Shown here piece after piece: positions 20,014 to 30,219 of a stretch of 64,000 nucleotides of DNA. The first letter of the stretch is position 1. The number at the start of each line of letters is the position of its first letter. Made by a program: the position numbers and the translations under genes. The DNA comes from an uncultured Leptospirales bacterium (lineage in GTDB: Bacteria > Spirochaetota > UBA4802 > UBA5550), in assembly GCA_964392365.1 (NCBI GenBank), contig CAYMPH010000006.1, positions 3,198 to 67,197 of the forward strand, in the 5' to 3' direction. The notes beneath the pieces are model-generated. The model did no database searches. It was not told where the DNA came from and saw only the letters and a program-made list of their open reading frames with translations.

Positions 20014-20976
20014 TCAAATATATTTTTTTAATTCTCTGAGAAAACATGATTCAAATGTTTCACATTTTTTACAATAAGCATCACCAAGATCAAAATCTTT
20101 TTCTACGCACAATCCGTCTTTGCTTTCATTCATTATCTGCAGATATTTTATTTTTTGAATTTCAGCGTCATTAAGTGAATCATACCCTGTAGTTTTTATT
20201 TTATTCAGGATACTTATTAGCGCATCTCTTGAATCTGTGTTATCAGATAAAAAACTGGTTTCCTTTAAAATAGCCGATTTTTGAAATTTCGCCCTGAACT
20301 TTTTTGTTTTAAATTCAATTCCATGCCATCGGATATAAACGAAATAAAAAATACCGAATAGTAAACCGCCTAAATGGCCAACATGTGATACTCCGCCTGC
20401 ACCGCCGGAGGAAACAAGAGAATATAATTCCAGAGCCCCATAAAGAACGACCAGATATTTTGCTTTAATTGGAATAAAGAAGAATAACAGAATTTCAGCT
20501 TCAGGGAAAAGCATTCCAAAAGCAAGAAGCATTCCGAATACAGCTCCAGAAGCTCCTATAGTTGGAATTGCATATGAATTTGTAAGAATAAAAGTATTTA
20601 TCAGGAAAATAGTTAACCCGGCTCCGATGCCTGTAAAAAAATAATAGAAAAGAAATTTTTTACTGCCCCAGGTCTGTTCAATCGGTATTCCAAATATAAG
20701 AAGAGCATACATATTTAAAAATAAATGCATGAAGTTCCCGTGAAGAAACATGTATGTTACAAACTGCCAGATATAAAGCTTTTCTACTACAACCGCAGGT
20801 ATTAGGCCTAAATAAAAAGTCATTATGGGTGTCTGGTTTGAAAATGTGCCTTCAGATCCTGTTAAAAAATATTGGAGCTGATTCCCTTCAGCCATTATCT
20901 GAAGAAGATATATTGCTGCATTTATAATAATAATTCTAATTACCCAGCTTTTTGTGCCTGTCTCGAAACCGTTCAT
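20014..20976 (-). CDS. Rhomboid-family intramembrane serine protease with C-terminal cytoplasmic extension
   Basis: Catalytic GASGAVFG (GxSG) and downstream HLGGLLFG histidine helix. Multiple TM helices. C-terminal ~100 aa Cys-containing tail. Confidence 0.85.
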   Translation of the reverse strand: MNGFETGTKSWVIRIIIINAAIYLLQIMAEGNQLQYFLTGSEGTFSNQTPIMTFYLGLIPAVVVEKLYIWQFVTYMFLHGNFMHLFLNMYALLIFGIPIEQTWGSKKFLFYYFFTGIGAGLTIFLINTFILTNSYAIPTIGASGAVFGMLLAFGMLFPEAEILLFFFIPIKAKYLVVLYGALELYSLVSSGGAGGVSHVGHLGGLLFGIFYFVYIRWHGIEFKTKKFRAKFQKSAILKETSFLSDNTDSRDALISILNKIKTTGYDSLNDAEIQKIKYLQIMNESKDGLCVEKDFDLGDAYCKKCETFESCFLRELKKYI

Positions 20977-21440
20977 ATATACCGTTCTTTTTATATTACA
21001 AAATTTATTTCTATATCTTAAAGTCTTTTCATTAAAAAACAGTAATCCTTTGTTTTATTCAGTATTGTTTAAATTTATCTATTGTAAGATAAATATAATT
21101 GATACTTTGTTACATAAAGATTTATTTAATAAATAATCGTAAAGACTTTTTTTATAAATTGCTATAAAATTGAATTACCTGTTTATTATATTTTTTTTAA
21201 AAAAAGTTTTTATTTTAAAATAATTTAATTGTTGCTATGTTTTATACTAGGCAAAAAATATAACTATATCAGTTAACAGAATAATTTGAAAATTTGTTCT
21301 TCACAAATACGCGGGAAGTCAGGCACTTCAATATAAGCTGATAAAGATCCTAACACGCCGCTTATTGCAGAATGCTTTTTCTATTTTATATGTGAATTAC
21401 TATTTCTATAAGTATTGAATATATTATTACATTTATTGAT

Positions 21441-23057
21441 ATGGGATGGATAAGATTGAATGATAATGATATAAAAAAACTGCAGGATAAAATTTCTTTC
21501 CTCGAAAACAGAATAAAAAATCTGGAACAGGAAAAAAAATTATCCGGCAGTTACGACGCGCTTCTCATGGAATCAGAAAATCTTTTTAAATCTGTTGTGG
21601 ATAACTCTCACGATGGAATTTTTCTTGCAAACAGCTCCTTTCAGATTGTCTACGCGAATAAAGAACTCTGCGGAATACTGCAATACCCTCATAATCAAAT
21701 CATCAGCCGGAATTTTACAGACTTCATAGATATAAAAGATTCAGAAACCGTTTTGAATTCGCTTAAAGAACTTTTAAAAAGTGATCAGCCTGCTCATCTC
21801 ATATTTAAAATCGTCAGGAAAGAAGGAGAACTTAGAAATATAAAACTGAATTCCTCACTGATTAAAAATGCTCAGGGAAATATTCTGATAATAGGACAGA
21901 TGCTGGATGTAACAGAAACAGAAACACTGGAGGAGGAATTTCTTAAAATCAAGAAACTCGAATCTGTCGGCCTTTTCGCAGGCGGCATAGCTCACGATTT
22001 TAATAATATACTGAATGCAATTCTTGGAAATATCTCACTAGCAAAATTAAGTTTTGAAGATAAAAACGAATTATTCATTCTGCTTGAAGGAGCAGAAAAA
22101 GCATCTGTTCGAGCAAAAAATCTGACCAATCAGCTGCTCACTTTTTCTAAAGGCGGAGCTCCGATTAAAAAATCAATGAAAATTGAAAATCTTCTGCACG
22201 AGGCTGTAAACCTTGCTCTTTCAGGTTCAAATCTGAAATGCAATTATATAATTGATGATGAACTCTGGCCGGTTGAAGTAGATGAAGGGCAGCTTCACCA
22301 GGTTATAAGCAATATTGTTCTTAATGCAAAACAGGCAATGCCTTATGGCGGCAATATTGAATTAGTTGCAGACAATATTTCCATGGAACGGCTTACCAAC
22401 CTGCCATTTTTAAAAAAAGGAAAGTATGTTAAAATATCCATAAGAGATAATGGACTTGGTATTCCTGATGAAATAATGAATAAAATTTTTGATCCTTATT
22501 TCACTACCAAAACCATAGGACAGGGACTTGGCTTAACAAGTGTTTATTCAATAATTAAAAAACATGACGGCCATATAACTGCAGAATCGATTCAGGGAAA
22601 GGGAACAATTTTTTCAATTTTTCTTCCGGCATCAGAAACATATGATGAGCTTGACGAAGTAGATCTGATTTCAATTGATGATGACCAGAAGGGAACTGTT
22701 CTTTTAATGGATGATGAGGAAAGTATTTTATCAGTTACATCACGCATGCTTGAAAAGATAGGGTTTTCTGTAGTTACAGCAAAAAATGGCAAGGAAGCGA
22801 TTACAATTTGTCAAAAAAATAAAGCTGCCAACCAATGTTTTGATTTTGCAATTTTTGACTTAACAATTCCTGGAGGAATCGGCGGTAAAGAAGTATTGCA
22901 GGATATACTTAAAATTTATCCTGAAATAAAAGTAATTGTAAGCAGCGGCTATTCAAATGATCCGGTTATGGCTAATTTCAAAGAATACGGCTTTAAAGAA
23001 GTAATTGCCAAACCGTATACAATTAATGATTTAAAAAGAATTATTAAAAATATATAG
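21441..23057 (+). CDS. Hybrid sensor histidine kinase (coiled-coil, PAS, HisKA, HATPase_c, C-terminal REC)
   Basis: H-box GIAHDFNNILNAILGN. N/G boxes (NAKQAM, RDNGLGIPDE, GQGLGL). C-terminal receiver VLLMDDEESIL...FDLTIPGG...KPY. Confidence 0.85.
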   Translation: MGWIRLNDNDIKKLQDKISFLENRIKNLEQEKKLSGSYDALLMESENLFKSVVDNSHDGIFLANSSFQIVYANKELCGILQYPHNQIISRNFTDFIDIKDSETVLNSLKELLKSDQPAHLIFKIVRKEGELRNIKLNSSLIKNAQGNILIIGQMLDVTETETLEEEFLKIKKLESVGLFAGGIAHDFNNILNAILGNISLAKLSFEDKNELFILLEGAEKASVRAKNLTNQLLTFSKGGAPIKKSMKIENLLHEAVNLALSGSNLKCNYIIDDELWPVEVDEGQLHQVISNIVLNAKQAMPYGGNIELVADNISMERLTNLPFLKKGKYVKISIRDNGLGIPDEIMNKIFDPYFTTKTIGQGLGLTSVYSIIKKHDGHITAESIQGKGTIFSIFLPASETYDELDEVDLISIDDDQKGTVLLMDDEESILSVTSRMLEKIGFSVVTAKNGKEAITICQKNKAANQCFDFAIFDLTIPGGIGGKEVLQDILKIYPEIKVIVSSGYSNDPVMANFKEYGFKEVIAKPYTINDLKRIIKNI

Positions 23058-23114
23058 ATTTATTTTGTCATTTATATATATTTAATATCACTTAATCAAT
23101 AGGATAAGAATAAA

Positions 23115-23318
23115 ATGAATGAGAAAAAAAAGGGTCTTCAAGAGGATATTGCTGAAATTGAAATGCTGAAAAGTGAAAGCCTGACTGCATTATCTCTATA
23201 CAATCATATTCTTCATTTTTATCTGGAAGAAGGCGATAAAGGGCTCGATTATATTAACAAAATGTGGAATATAGCCATAGATGAAAGCAATAAAATTAAG
23301 CGAAATAACCTTGACTGA
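23115..23318 (+). CDS. Hypothetical small protein
   Basis: 67-aa ORF. No motif. Confidence 0.3.
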   Translation: MNEKKKGLQEDIAEIEMLKSESLTALSLYNHILHFYLEEGDKGLDYINKMWNIAIDESNKIKRNNLD

Positions 23319-23413
23319 ATTTATGTGGCAAATTATTGTCGATCTATATTAGAGTATGTAAATTAGTTTATAATAACTTTTAGAGTCTATACTAATATAA
23401 AAGGATATATTTT

Positions 23414-23764
23414 ATGAACACTTCTGATTCTCTATATACTATTAATAGTATACCTGAAGAAAATAAAATTGTAATTAGCGGTGAATTGAAATTGCAAACT
23501 GTAGCTAAATACAATGAGATTATTGAAATTCTGCTGGATTCCTGCATAACACTCAAAGACCCGGTAATTCTCGACATCAGGAATCTTACAATTTTAAACA
23601 GTTCTGGAATTGCTTCATTCGGTCTTTTTATTATTAAAATGAGAGATATTAATAAAAAACTTATAATACATGCTTCAAAACATATTCACTGGCAGGTTTT
23701 CAGCTTAGAGGATTTTAAAGAATTAGATTCAAATCTAGAAATTGAATTTTTTGAAATGCATTAA
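23414..23764 (+). CDS. STAS-domain protein (anti-sigma-factor antagonist-like)
   Basis: Pattern ISGELKLQTVAKYNEII...VILDIRNLTILNSSGIASF resembles SpoIIAA/STAS. The conserved Ser is in NSSGIA context. Confidence 0.5.
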   Translation: MNTSDSLYTINSIPEENKIVISGELKLQTVAKYNEIIEILLDSCITLKDPVILDIRNLTILNSSGIASFGLFIIKMRDINKKLIIHASKHIHWQVFSLEDFKELDSNLEIEFFEMH

Positions 23765-23802
23765 TTTAGTACAGGGAATCATAAACATTACCTTTAAAAA
23801 AC

Positions 23803-23841
23803 AAAAGGATTGCTTTAAAAGCAATCCTTAATTTTTTATTT
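23803..23841. terminator. Bidirectional rho-independent terminator between convergent genes
   Basis: Near-perfect palindrome AAGGATTGCTTT-AAAAGCAATCCTT, flanked by T-runs on both strands (AATTTTTTATTT on + ; TTGTTTTTTAAAGG on -). Confidence 0.6.
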
Positions 23842-23859
23842 GGAGGTTAATATGTTTAA

Positions 23860-24303
23860 TTACTTCAATATTTTCTTAATCATTTTCATCATTACTTCAA
23901 TATCTTCTTCTGTGCCATTATCGAGAAGCTTTTTGAAAGCAAAAAGTTCCGGACCATAGCTCTGGGAATCAGTTTCAACATATTTCTGACCAATACCATA
24001 CAAAAGCCAATCCATAGATATTTTATGCTTTATAGAAATGCTTCTAATAAATTTAAAAGAAGGATTTTGTGAGCCGCATTCAACTTTTGCTACATATCTC
24101 CTGTCGATGCCAGCAGTTTCACCAAATTCTCTTTGTGTCATTTTAAGTTCTTTACGAACTTCACGCATTTTCAAACGTATATTTTTAAAGAAATCCTTTT
24201 CAGATTCTTCATCTAATATATCATGTGAAAGCACAGGATGACTTTTATACCTTTCAGTATATTTTCTTATTTGGGGTTCTGTATTCATTTTGCCTCTTTT
24301 CAT
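23860..24303 (-). CDS. XRE-family helix-turn-helix transcriptional regulator
   Basis: C-terminal HTH LKMTQREFGETAGIDRRYVAKVECGSQNPSFKFI is typical of HTH_XRE/Cro-C1. Confidence 0.8.
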   Translation of the reverse strand: MKRGKMNTEPQIRKYTERYKSHPVLSHDILDEESEKDFFKNIRLKMREVRKELKMTQREFGETAGIDRRYVAKVECGSQNPSFKFIRSISIKHKISMDWLLYGIGQKYVETDSQSYGPELFAFKKLLDNGTEEDIEVMMKMIKKILK

Positions 24304-24561
24304 TAAAGTTCTCTAATGCTAATTGTAGTAATAATATAAATAAAAATATCTTTTCTGTCAATAATAAAAAGACTCTTTATTGAAAAAAGAGCTTTTTTAT
24401 TAAAACATGTAAAACAATTGTTTTATGCATAGTTATTTATATTTTTTTAAAATTAAAGCCTACATATATTAATTTTTTAATCAGCTTTGTTTTACTTGAC
24501 ATTTTATGAAATGAAGTGGTTTATTTAAAATATAAAATATTATATCAAAAAGGCTTTAACA

Positions 24562-26280
24562 ATGAAAAAAAAATATTCAATATCACTATTGCTTTCAACA
24601 GTACTTTTTATTTTTTTATATCAGAATGCCATATCGCAGGATGATTATAAAAAGCTTGCCAAGCTCCATAAAATAAGCCCGTCAGGTGAAATTATAATAA
24701 CATCTCCAAACGCTGCTCAAATGATGAATATGGGGGATAAGGTTTTTATTATTATTGATAACAGACCTGTAATAATGAAAATTACATTCCCGATGATGAC
24801 TGTAGCCAAATGCAGACTCGAACCAGGATATGAAGGTTATTTCGGCAGACTTTACAAAGGCTTAATGGTTTATAAATACCAGCAGGGTATAGAAAACAAA
24901 GTACTTTCAGATAAAGACAGCAAAAAAGAGGCCGAGGGAACATCAACTCTCCAGATCACTGCAAGCCACCCTGCAAAAATATATTATTTAAACCAGGATG
25001 ACTGGGAAAAAATATTGAAAACATTCATGGAATCATTCGGAAAACAGATGCCCGAATCAAGCGTTGTAAAAGACGAAACGCGCAAAGCTATAATGAACCA
25101 TAATCCAGGAGGATTTCAGATATCTCTTTCAGACATAGCATATGCAATTGGAAATGCAAATATAGCATCTCCAAGCTCCATTGATAAACTTTCTGACGGT
25201 GATTATTATGTGTGGGTTGTAGGAAATAATATCGTTGCCAATCAGATTGTAACATTGAAAAAAAATCAGACTGAAAAAGTGTATTTTGATTTAAACAGCA
25301 AAAGCATAATGGTTGATTCAAATCCGCAGGGTTCGCAGATATATATCGATGACGTTCCTCAAAATCTGACCACGCCATCCAAGGTACCAATACCATCGAA
25401 CAAAAATAGTTTTAAATTAAGCGTTAAGCATGACGGATATTATGACAACAGCCAGTTTGTTTCCATTCAGGATAACCCGGATCAGAAATTTAATTTCAAC
25501 ATGGTTATAGCTGCAAATGCCTATATCAATGTTACATCTTATCCGAGTGGCGCTTATGTTTATGCAAATGATAAATATATGGGAACATCACCAATTACGC
25601 TTAAAGTGAATCCTAATGCAAGTATTGCTGTCTCTGTCAGAAAAGACGGATATCAGGCAAGAACCCAGTATATATCTGCTGGAAACAATGAAACTAAAAG
25701 GATCAGTTTTAATCTTCCTGCTGTTCAGGCATCAGATTATTCTTCCGGTTCAGGATTTACACAGAAAAACACAACCATCACACTGGATTATACAATGGGT
25801 TATTTTGACAGAACCGCGGGGTTTGGCGTTCCTAAAGATTATTTTAATAAAATGTTCACTTATGGGGAAAATAATTTCTATGGAGCTGAATTAAATTTAA
25901 TCTACGGCAAATGGCTCGGGTATTATATGGGACTTTCTCTGGCCGGCTCCCCAGCAAAAGGAGTATCGAGCTACAGCGTAAATCAGTTTGTTCTTGATTT
26001 CGCCTTCGGTATAGGTTTTCTTCCGCGAATCTGGAGATTCTATCTTTTTGTTGGAATAGGAGTAAGCTACAATATTGCATTTGCTCCTCTTGATATGGGA
26101 TTCGGCCTTGAATACAAGGGACAGCTTGGATTTATGATAACAGAGAATATAGGCATAAATTTAGGATTCAGAAGAAATTTTGCATATTATTTCCTCGGAG
26201 ACAGTTCATCTGCTTCATCGAACTATTCTGTCATGTCAAATCTTGGAGGTACTTATATTTCAATCGGCTTGAGTTTCTGA
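24562..26280 (+). CDS. Secreted PEGA-domain protein with C-terminal beta-barrel-like region (outer-membrane protein candidate)
   Basis: Signal peptide. Two PEGA-like units (SNPQGSQIYIDDVPQNLTTP; SYPSGAYVYANDKYMGTSPITL). C-terminal alternating hydrophobic pattern ending in ...ISIGLSF. Confidence 0.65.
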   Translation: MKKKYSISLLLSTVLFIFLYQNAISQDDYKKLAKLHKISPSGEIIITSPNAAQMMNMGDKVFIIIDNRPVIMKITFPMMTVAKCRLEPGYEGYFGRLYKGLMVYKYQQGIENKVLSDKDSKKEAEGTSTLQITASHPAKIYYLNQDDWEKILKTFMESFGKQMPESSVVKDETRKAIMNHNPGGFQISLSDIAYAIGNANIASPSSIDKLSDGDYYVWVVGNNIVANQIVTLKKNQTEKVYFDLNSKSIMVDSNPQGSQIYIDDVPQNLTTPSKVPIPSNKNSFKLSVKHDGYYDNSQFVSIQDNPDQKFNFNMVIAANAYINVTSYPSGAYVYANDKYMGTSPITLKVNPNASIAVSVRKDGYQARTQYISAGNNETKRISFNLPAVQASDYSSGSGFTQKNTTITLDYTMGYFDRTAGFGVPKDYFNKMFTYGENNFYGAELNLIYGKWLGYYMGLSLAGSPAKGVSSYSVNQFVLDFAFGIGFLPRIWRFYLFVGIGVSYNIAFAPLDMGFGLEYKGQLGFMITENIGINLGFRRNFAYYFLGDSSSASSNYSVMSNLGGTYISIGLSF

Positions 26281-26297
26281 TAAATTTAAATAGGACG

Positions 26298-27050
26298 GTG
26301 AATTTAATAATGAAAAAATTTCTGATTCTATATCTTATTATTCTTGTAATGGCATCTGTTTCCTGCAAAAAGAAAACAAGTACTGAAATTCTAGATGAAG
26401 AATATAAGCTTGCCCAGAATGCTTCAGTAAATACTGAAATTAAAAATTTAAAAGAATCTCTTCAAAATGCAAAGGACGATTCTGAAAGAGCTAAAATACA
26501 CACAAATATAGCTGCTATTGAATCTGAAAAAGGCGATTCTTTATCATCTATTAAATCATCTCAGGAAGCAATAAAATTCAAACCGAATGATTATATGTCT
26601 CACTATCTTCTCGGAAAAGCTTATATTGAATCCGGCAGGATAAATGATGCTATCTTTGAACTGCAGACTGCGATAGACCTTAACGCTAAACATGCTTTGT
26701 CTCATTTCGAGCTTGGCAACGCTTATTATAAAAAGAAGCAGAATGCCCAGGCTGCTGCAGAATACAGTCTCGCGGTTTCAATCGATAACAATCTTTTCAT
26801 GGCTCATAATAATCTCGGGGTTATTTACAGTTTTATGGGAAGAGCTGCAGAAGCAGAAATGGAACTGAAAAAAGTAATTCAGCTGAATCCGGAATTTGCA
26901 ACTGCATATAAAAATCTCGGAATTCTTTACGATACCAAGCTTGGAAGAAAACAGGAAGCTTCATCAAATTACAAAAAATATCTCGAAATGATGCCGAATG
27001 CTCCGGATAGAAAATATGTAAAAACCTGGATTTCGGTAATAGGCGGCTGA
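26298..27050 (+). CDS. TPR-repeat lipoprotein
   Basis: Lipobox LVMASVSC. Several TPR units. Likely true start MKKFLIL at 26310. Confidence 0.8.
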   Translation: MNLIMKKFLILYLIILVMASVSCKKKTSTEILDEEYKLAQNASVNTEIKNLKESLQNAKDDSERAKIHTNIAAIESEKGDSLSSIKSSQEAIKFKPNDYMSHYLLGKAYIESGRINDAIFELQTAIDLNAKHALSHFELGNAYYKKKQNAQAAAEYSLAVSIDNNLFMAHNNLGVIYSFMGRAAEAEMELKKVIQLNPEFATAYKNLGILYDTKLGRKQEASSNYKKYLEMMPNAPDRKYVKTWISVIGG

Positions 27051-27051
27051 T

Positions 27052-28545
27052 ATGAAAAAAATATATATTCTTTTACTCATAATAATAACTGGAACTGTTT
27101 TATATACACAGGAAGCGAAGATAAGAATTGCTGTTTCCCCTTTTGACGATTCAGTTACAGCTCTTTCTGAATCTGAAAAAGCCGGAGCAACAGCAGCAGG
27201 ATTGATTGAAACAACATACCTTGGAATAGACAGATTTCAGACAAGGGAAGCTAACGCCATAAAGGATTATCTTACTTTAATGGAAAAAGCTCAGGTTGGA
27301 CTTCTCGATGAAAACGCAATGAAAGGCGATTCGGAAAAACTTAAAATTGATTATTTAACTGTTGGTACTGTTTCAAAATTCGGTGATGTCTATGAAGTAG
27401 ATGCACGGACAGTAAAAATTGATGATTGGACAATAGTTCATTCCTTTGGAACAACCTCAAAAAATGTTGATTTAGCAGTTAAGGATATAAGCTGGACTAT
27501 ATCTGAGAAATTTAACAGAAAATATATTACTGAAAGAGAAAAAACCTCAGAGGAAAAACCCACAGTTTCAGTTTCAAATTTTGTAAATGATAATATTGCA
27601 TCTCAAAAAGCAGGATACAGTTCCGCATTTGCAGAAATTCTAAACAGCCTTCTCGGATCTTTCACACTCATATCAACAGTGGAAAGAAAATATTCTTCTG
27701 CATTGCTTGATGAGAAAACACTTGAAATGGTCGGTGTTGTTGAAAATGAAAAAGGCGACAGTGAATTCAGCGTCAAGGGAATATCTTATAATCTCACAGG
27801 AAGCATCAAGGTATTTAAAGATGTAATCTGCATCAATTACAAACTTTATAATACTGCAGACAGCAGACTTGTTTTTATGGGAATTAAAGAAATAGCTTCA
27901 CCGAGAGGACTCAGACCTGCTGCAAACAGTATAGCAAACATGATTGAAGATGCTTTAAATAACAGGATAGGAACTCTTGAGATTGAAAGCGAACCTGTTG
28001 ACGCTGAAATTTTTATTGATAACAATTATGTCGGAAAAACTCCGCTTGTTATATCCGCAAATAAAGGCACGCGCAAATTAACTGCGAAACTCAAAGGGCA
28101 TGAAAACTATATGGCTGATATTGAAATCAAACCAATGGAAATCATTAAGCATAAAATAAAAATGGATATATTGAGCATGGAGCTTATCAAACAGGCTTTT
28201 AATCTTGAAAGTGCCCAGAATTGGGCAGGAGCTCTTGCAGCATATGATCAATTTATAGAAAAATACGGCAACAATGAAGAAGTAAATAATATCTATTACA
28301 GAAAAGGCCATCTTGAATTAGTACAGTTAAAAAACTACACCGGAGCTTTAAATACATTTACAGCTCTAGTAAACAGATATCCTGAAGCAATGGTTAGAGC
28401 TGAAGGATATTTCGGTATTGCAAGAACTCAGCTTGCAATGGGAAACAGAGAAAAATCCAAAGAAGCTTTAAACTATCTTCTTGAAAAATACGGAGATACA
28501 CCTGCAGCAGAAGAAGCTCTTGTGCTAAAGAACCAGTTCAAGTAA
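27052..28545 (+). CDS. Secreted protein with PEGA domain and C-terminal TPR-like region
   Basis: Signal peptide. PEGA unit IESEPVDAEIFIDNNYVGKTPLVI. C-terminal helical repeats. Its ATG lies 1 nt after the upstream stop. Confidence 0.65.
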   Translation: MKKIYILLLIIITGTVLYTQEAKIRIAVSPFDDSVTALSESEKAGATAAGLIETTYLGIDRFQTREANAIKDYLTLMEKAQVGLLDENAMKGDSEKLKIDYLTVGTVSKFGDVYEVDARTVKIDDWTIVHSFGTTSKNVDLAVKDISWTISEKFNRKYITEREKTSEEKPTVSVSNFVNDNIASQKAGYSSAFAEILNSLLGSFTLISTVERKYSSALLDEKTLEMVGVVENEKGDSEFSVKGISYNLTGSIKVFKDVICINYKLYNTADSRLVFMGIKEIASPRGLRPAANSIANMIEDALNNRIGTLEIESEPVDAEIFIDNNYVGKTPLVISANKGTRKLTAKLKGHENYMADIEIKPMEIIKHKIKMDILSMELIKQAFNLESAQNWAGALAAYDQFIEKYGNNEEVNNIYYRKGHLELVQLKNYTGALNTFTALVNRYPEAMVRAEGYFGIARTQLAMGNREKSKEALNYLLEKYGDTPAAEEALVLKNQFK

Positions 28546-28602
28546 CTAAAAATTACTTGAAATATAGCAGTCTTTTGATGACTATGCCGTTAATCAGAAT
28601 AT

Positions 28603-28633
28603 GGGCGCTGTAAATTCAGCGCCCTGTTTATTA
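28603..28633 (+). terminator. Rho-independent terminator abutting the next gene start
   Basis: GGGCGCT-GTAAATTC-AGCGCCC, a 7-bp GC stem, followed by TGTTTATTA that runs into ATG 28633. Confidence 0.55.
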
Positions 28634-30219
28634 TGGCCATGAACAATAAAAAAATAACAATTTACGATACAACTTTAAGAGACGGTGCTCAAACTGTCGG
28701 TATATCCTTTTCGCTAAATGATAAACTGCGGATTGCAAACGCACTCGATAAGCTTAAGATAGATTATATCGAAGGCGGCTGGCCTGGTTCAAATCCAAAA
28801 GATGATTTATTCTTTTCTGATATCCGCAAAGAAAACATAACTCATTCAAAAATTGCTGCATTCGGTTCAACAAAGCGATATAAAACAAAATTTGAAGAAG
28901 ACACATTTCTTCAGGCTCTTGCTGCATCCGGAGCTGATGTAATTACAATTGTTGCAAAATCCTGGGACTTCCACGTGACTAAAGCCCTGGGTATAACTCT
29001 TGAAGAAAACCTCACGCTGATATCTGAAACGGTAACTTTTCTAAAAGATAAAGGATATGAAGTTTTCCTGGATGCAGAACATTTTTTTGACGGTTACAAG
29101 TCAAATAAGGATTATGCATTGCATACTCTTGTCACAGCAAAAAATGCCGGAGCGGATATGGTTGTGCTTTGCGATACAAACGGCGGCACTCTTCCACATG
29201 AAGCAGAGGAATTTACAGCAAAAATTTTTACAGATATAAAAATGCCTATAGGAGTGCATTTTCATAATGATACAGGCGTGGCAGTGGCAAATTCACTTTC
29301 AGCTGTTCGTGCTGGCGCAGTTTCAGTTCAGGGAACAATGAATGGCCTTGGAGAAAGATGCGGCAATTGCGATATTACAGCTGTAATCCCGAACCTTTCG
29401 CTTAAAATGGGTTATAAATTCAGTTCCGCAGAGGTAATTGAAAAACTCACTGAAACGAGCAGATTTGTAAGTGAAACTGCAAACATGGCGCATAATGAAC
29501 ATGCTCCGTTTGTTGGAGATAATGCATTTGCGCATAAAGGCGGGATTCACGTTTCTGCACTTCAAAAAGATACAAAAACCTATGAGCATATAGTTCCTGA
29601 ATCTGTAGGAAATAAAAGAAAAGTTTTAATTTCTGAACTTTCCGGCAAAAGCAATATTGAATTTAAAGCCAGAGAATTGGGAATAGATATAAAAAATACA
29701 GTAACACTTTCAAAGGAAGTTTTACATAAGATAAAGACACTCGAGGACCAGGGCTTTCAGTTTGAAGCAGCAGAAGGTTCTTTTGAACTTATTCTCAGAC
29801 AGGCTTCTGGGGAATATGTTCCTTTTTTCAAACTTAAAGGTTTCAGAGTTATTACAGAAATGGATGAAACCAAGCAGCTCTTCTGCGAGGCAACAATCAA
29901 GGTTGAAGTTGCCGGAATAGAAGAACATACTGCAGCTGATGGTGCAGGACCGGTGGAAGCCCTTGATAATGCATTGCGTAAAGCTCTGATAAAATTCTTC
30001 CCTGAGATCAGAAACATTCATCTTGCAGATTATAAAGTTCGTGTTCTTGACGAAAAGAAGGGAACAGGTTCTTCAGTAAGAGTACTTATTGAACAGAAAA
30101 TGGATGGAAAACACTGGGGTACTGTTGGTGTTTCCAAAAATATAATTGAAGCTTCATGGCACGCTCTTGTTGATGGTATTGAATATATGCTTTTCAAGAA
30201 AAAAACTGAATGGAAATAA
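28633..30219 (+). CDS. cimA: Citramalate synthase / 2-isopropylmalate synthase family (CimA-like, long form with C-terminal regulatory domain)
   Basis: N-terminal ITIYDTTLRDGAQTVGISFSLNDKLRIANALDKLKIDYIEGGWPGSNPKD, the HMGL-like TIM barrel of the LeuA/CimA family. 528 aa with LeuA-dimer-like C-terminus. The CimA-versus-LeuA call rests on the N-terminal pattern and is not certain. Confidence 0.8.
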   Translation: MAMNNKKITIYDTTLRDGAQTVGISFSLNDKLRIANALDKLKIDYIEGGWPGSNPKDDLFFSDIRKENITHSKIAAFGSTKRYKTKFEEDTFLQALAASGADVITIVAKSWDFHVTKALGITLEENLTLISETVTFLKDKGYEVFLDAEHFFDGYKSNKDYALHTLVTAKNAGADMVVLCDTNGGTLPHEAEEFTAKIFTDIKMPIGVHFHNDTGVAVANSLSAVRAGAVSVQGTMNGLGERCGNCDITAVIPNLSLKMGYKFSSAEVIEKLTETSRFVSETANMAHNEHAPFVGDNAFAHKGGIHVSALQKDTKTYEHIVPESVGNKRKVLISELSGKSNIEFKARELGIDIKNTVTLSKEVLHKIKTLEDQGFQFEAAEGSFELILRQASGEYVPFFKLKGFRVITEMDETKQLFCEATIKVEVAGIEEHTAADGAGPVEALDNALRKALIKFFPEIRNIHLADYKVRVLDEKKGTGSSVRVLIEQKMDGKHWGTVGVSKNIIEASWHALVDGIEYMLFKKKTEWK

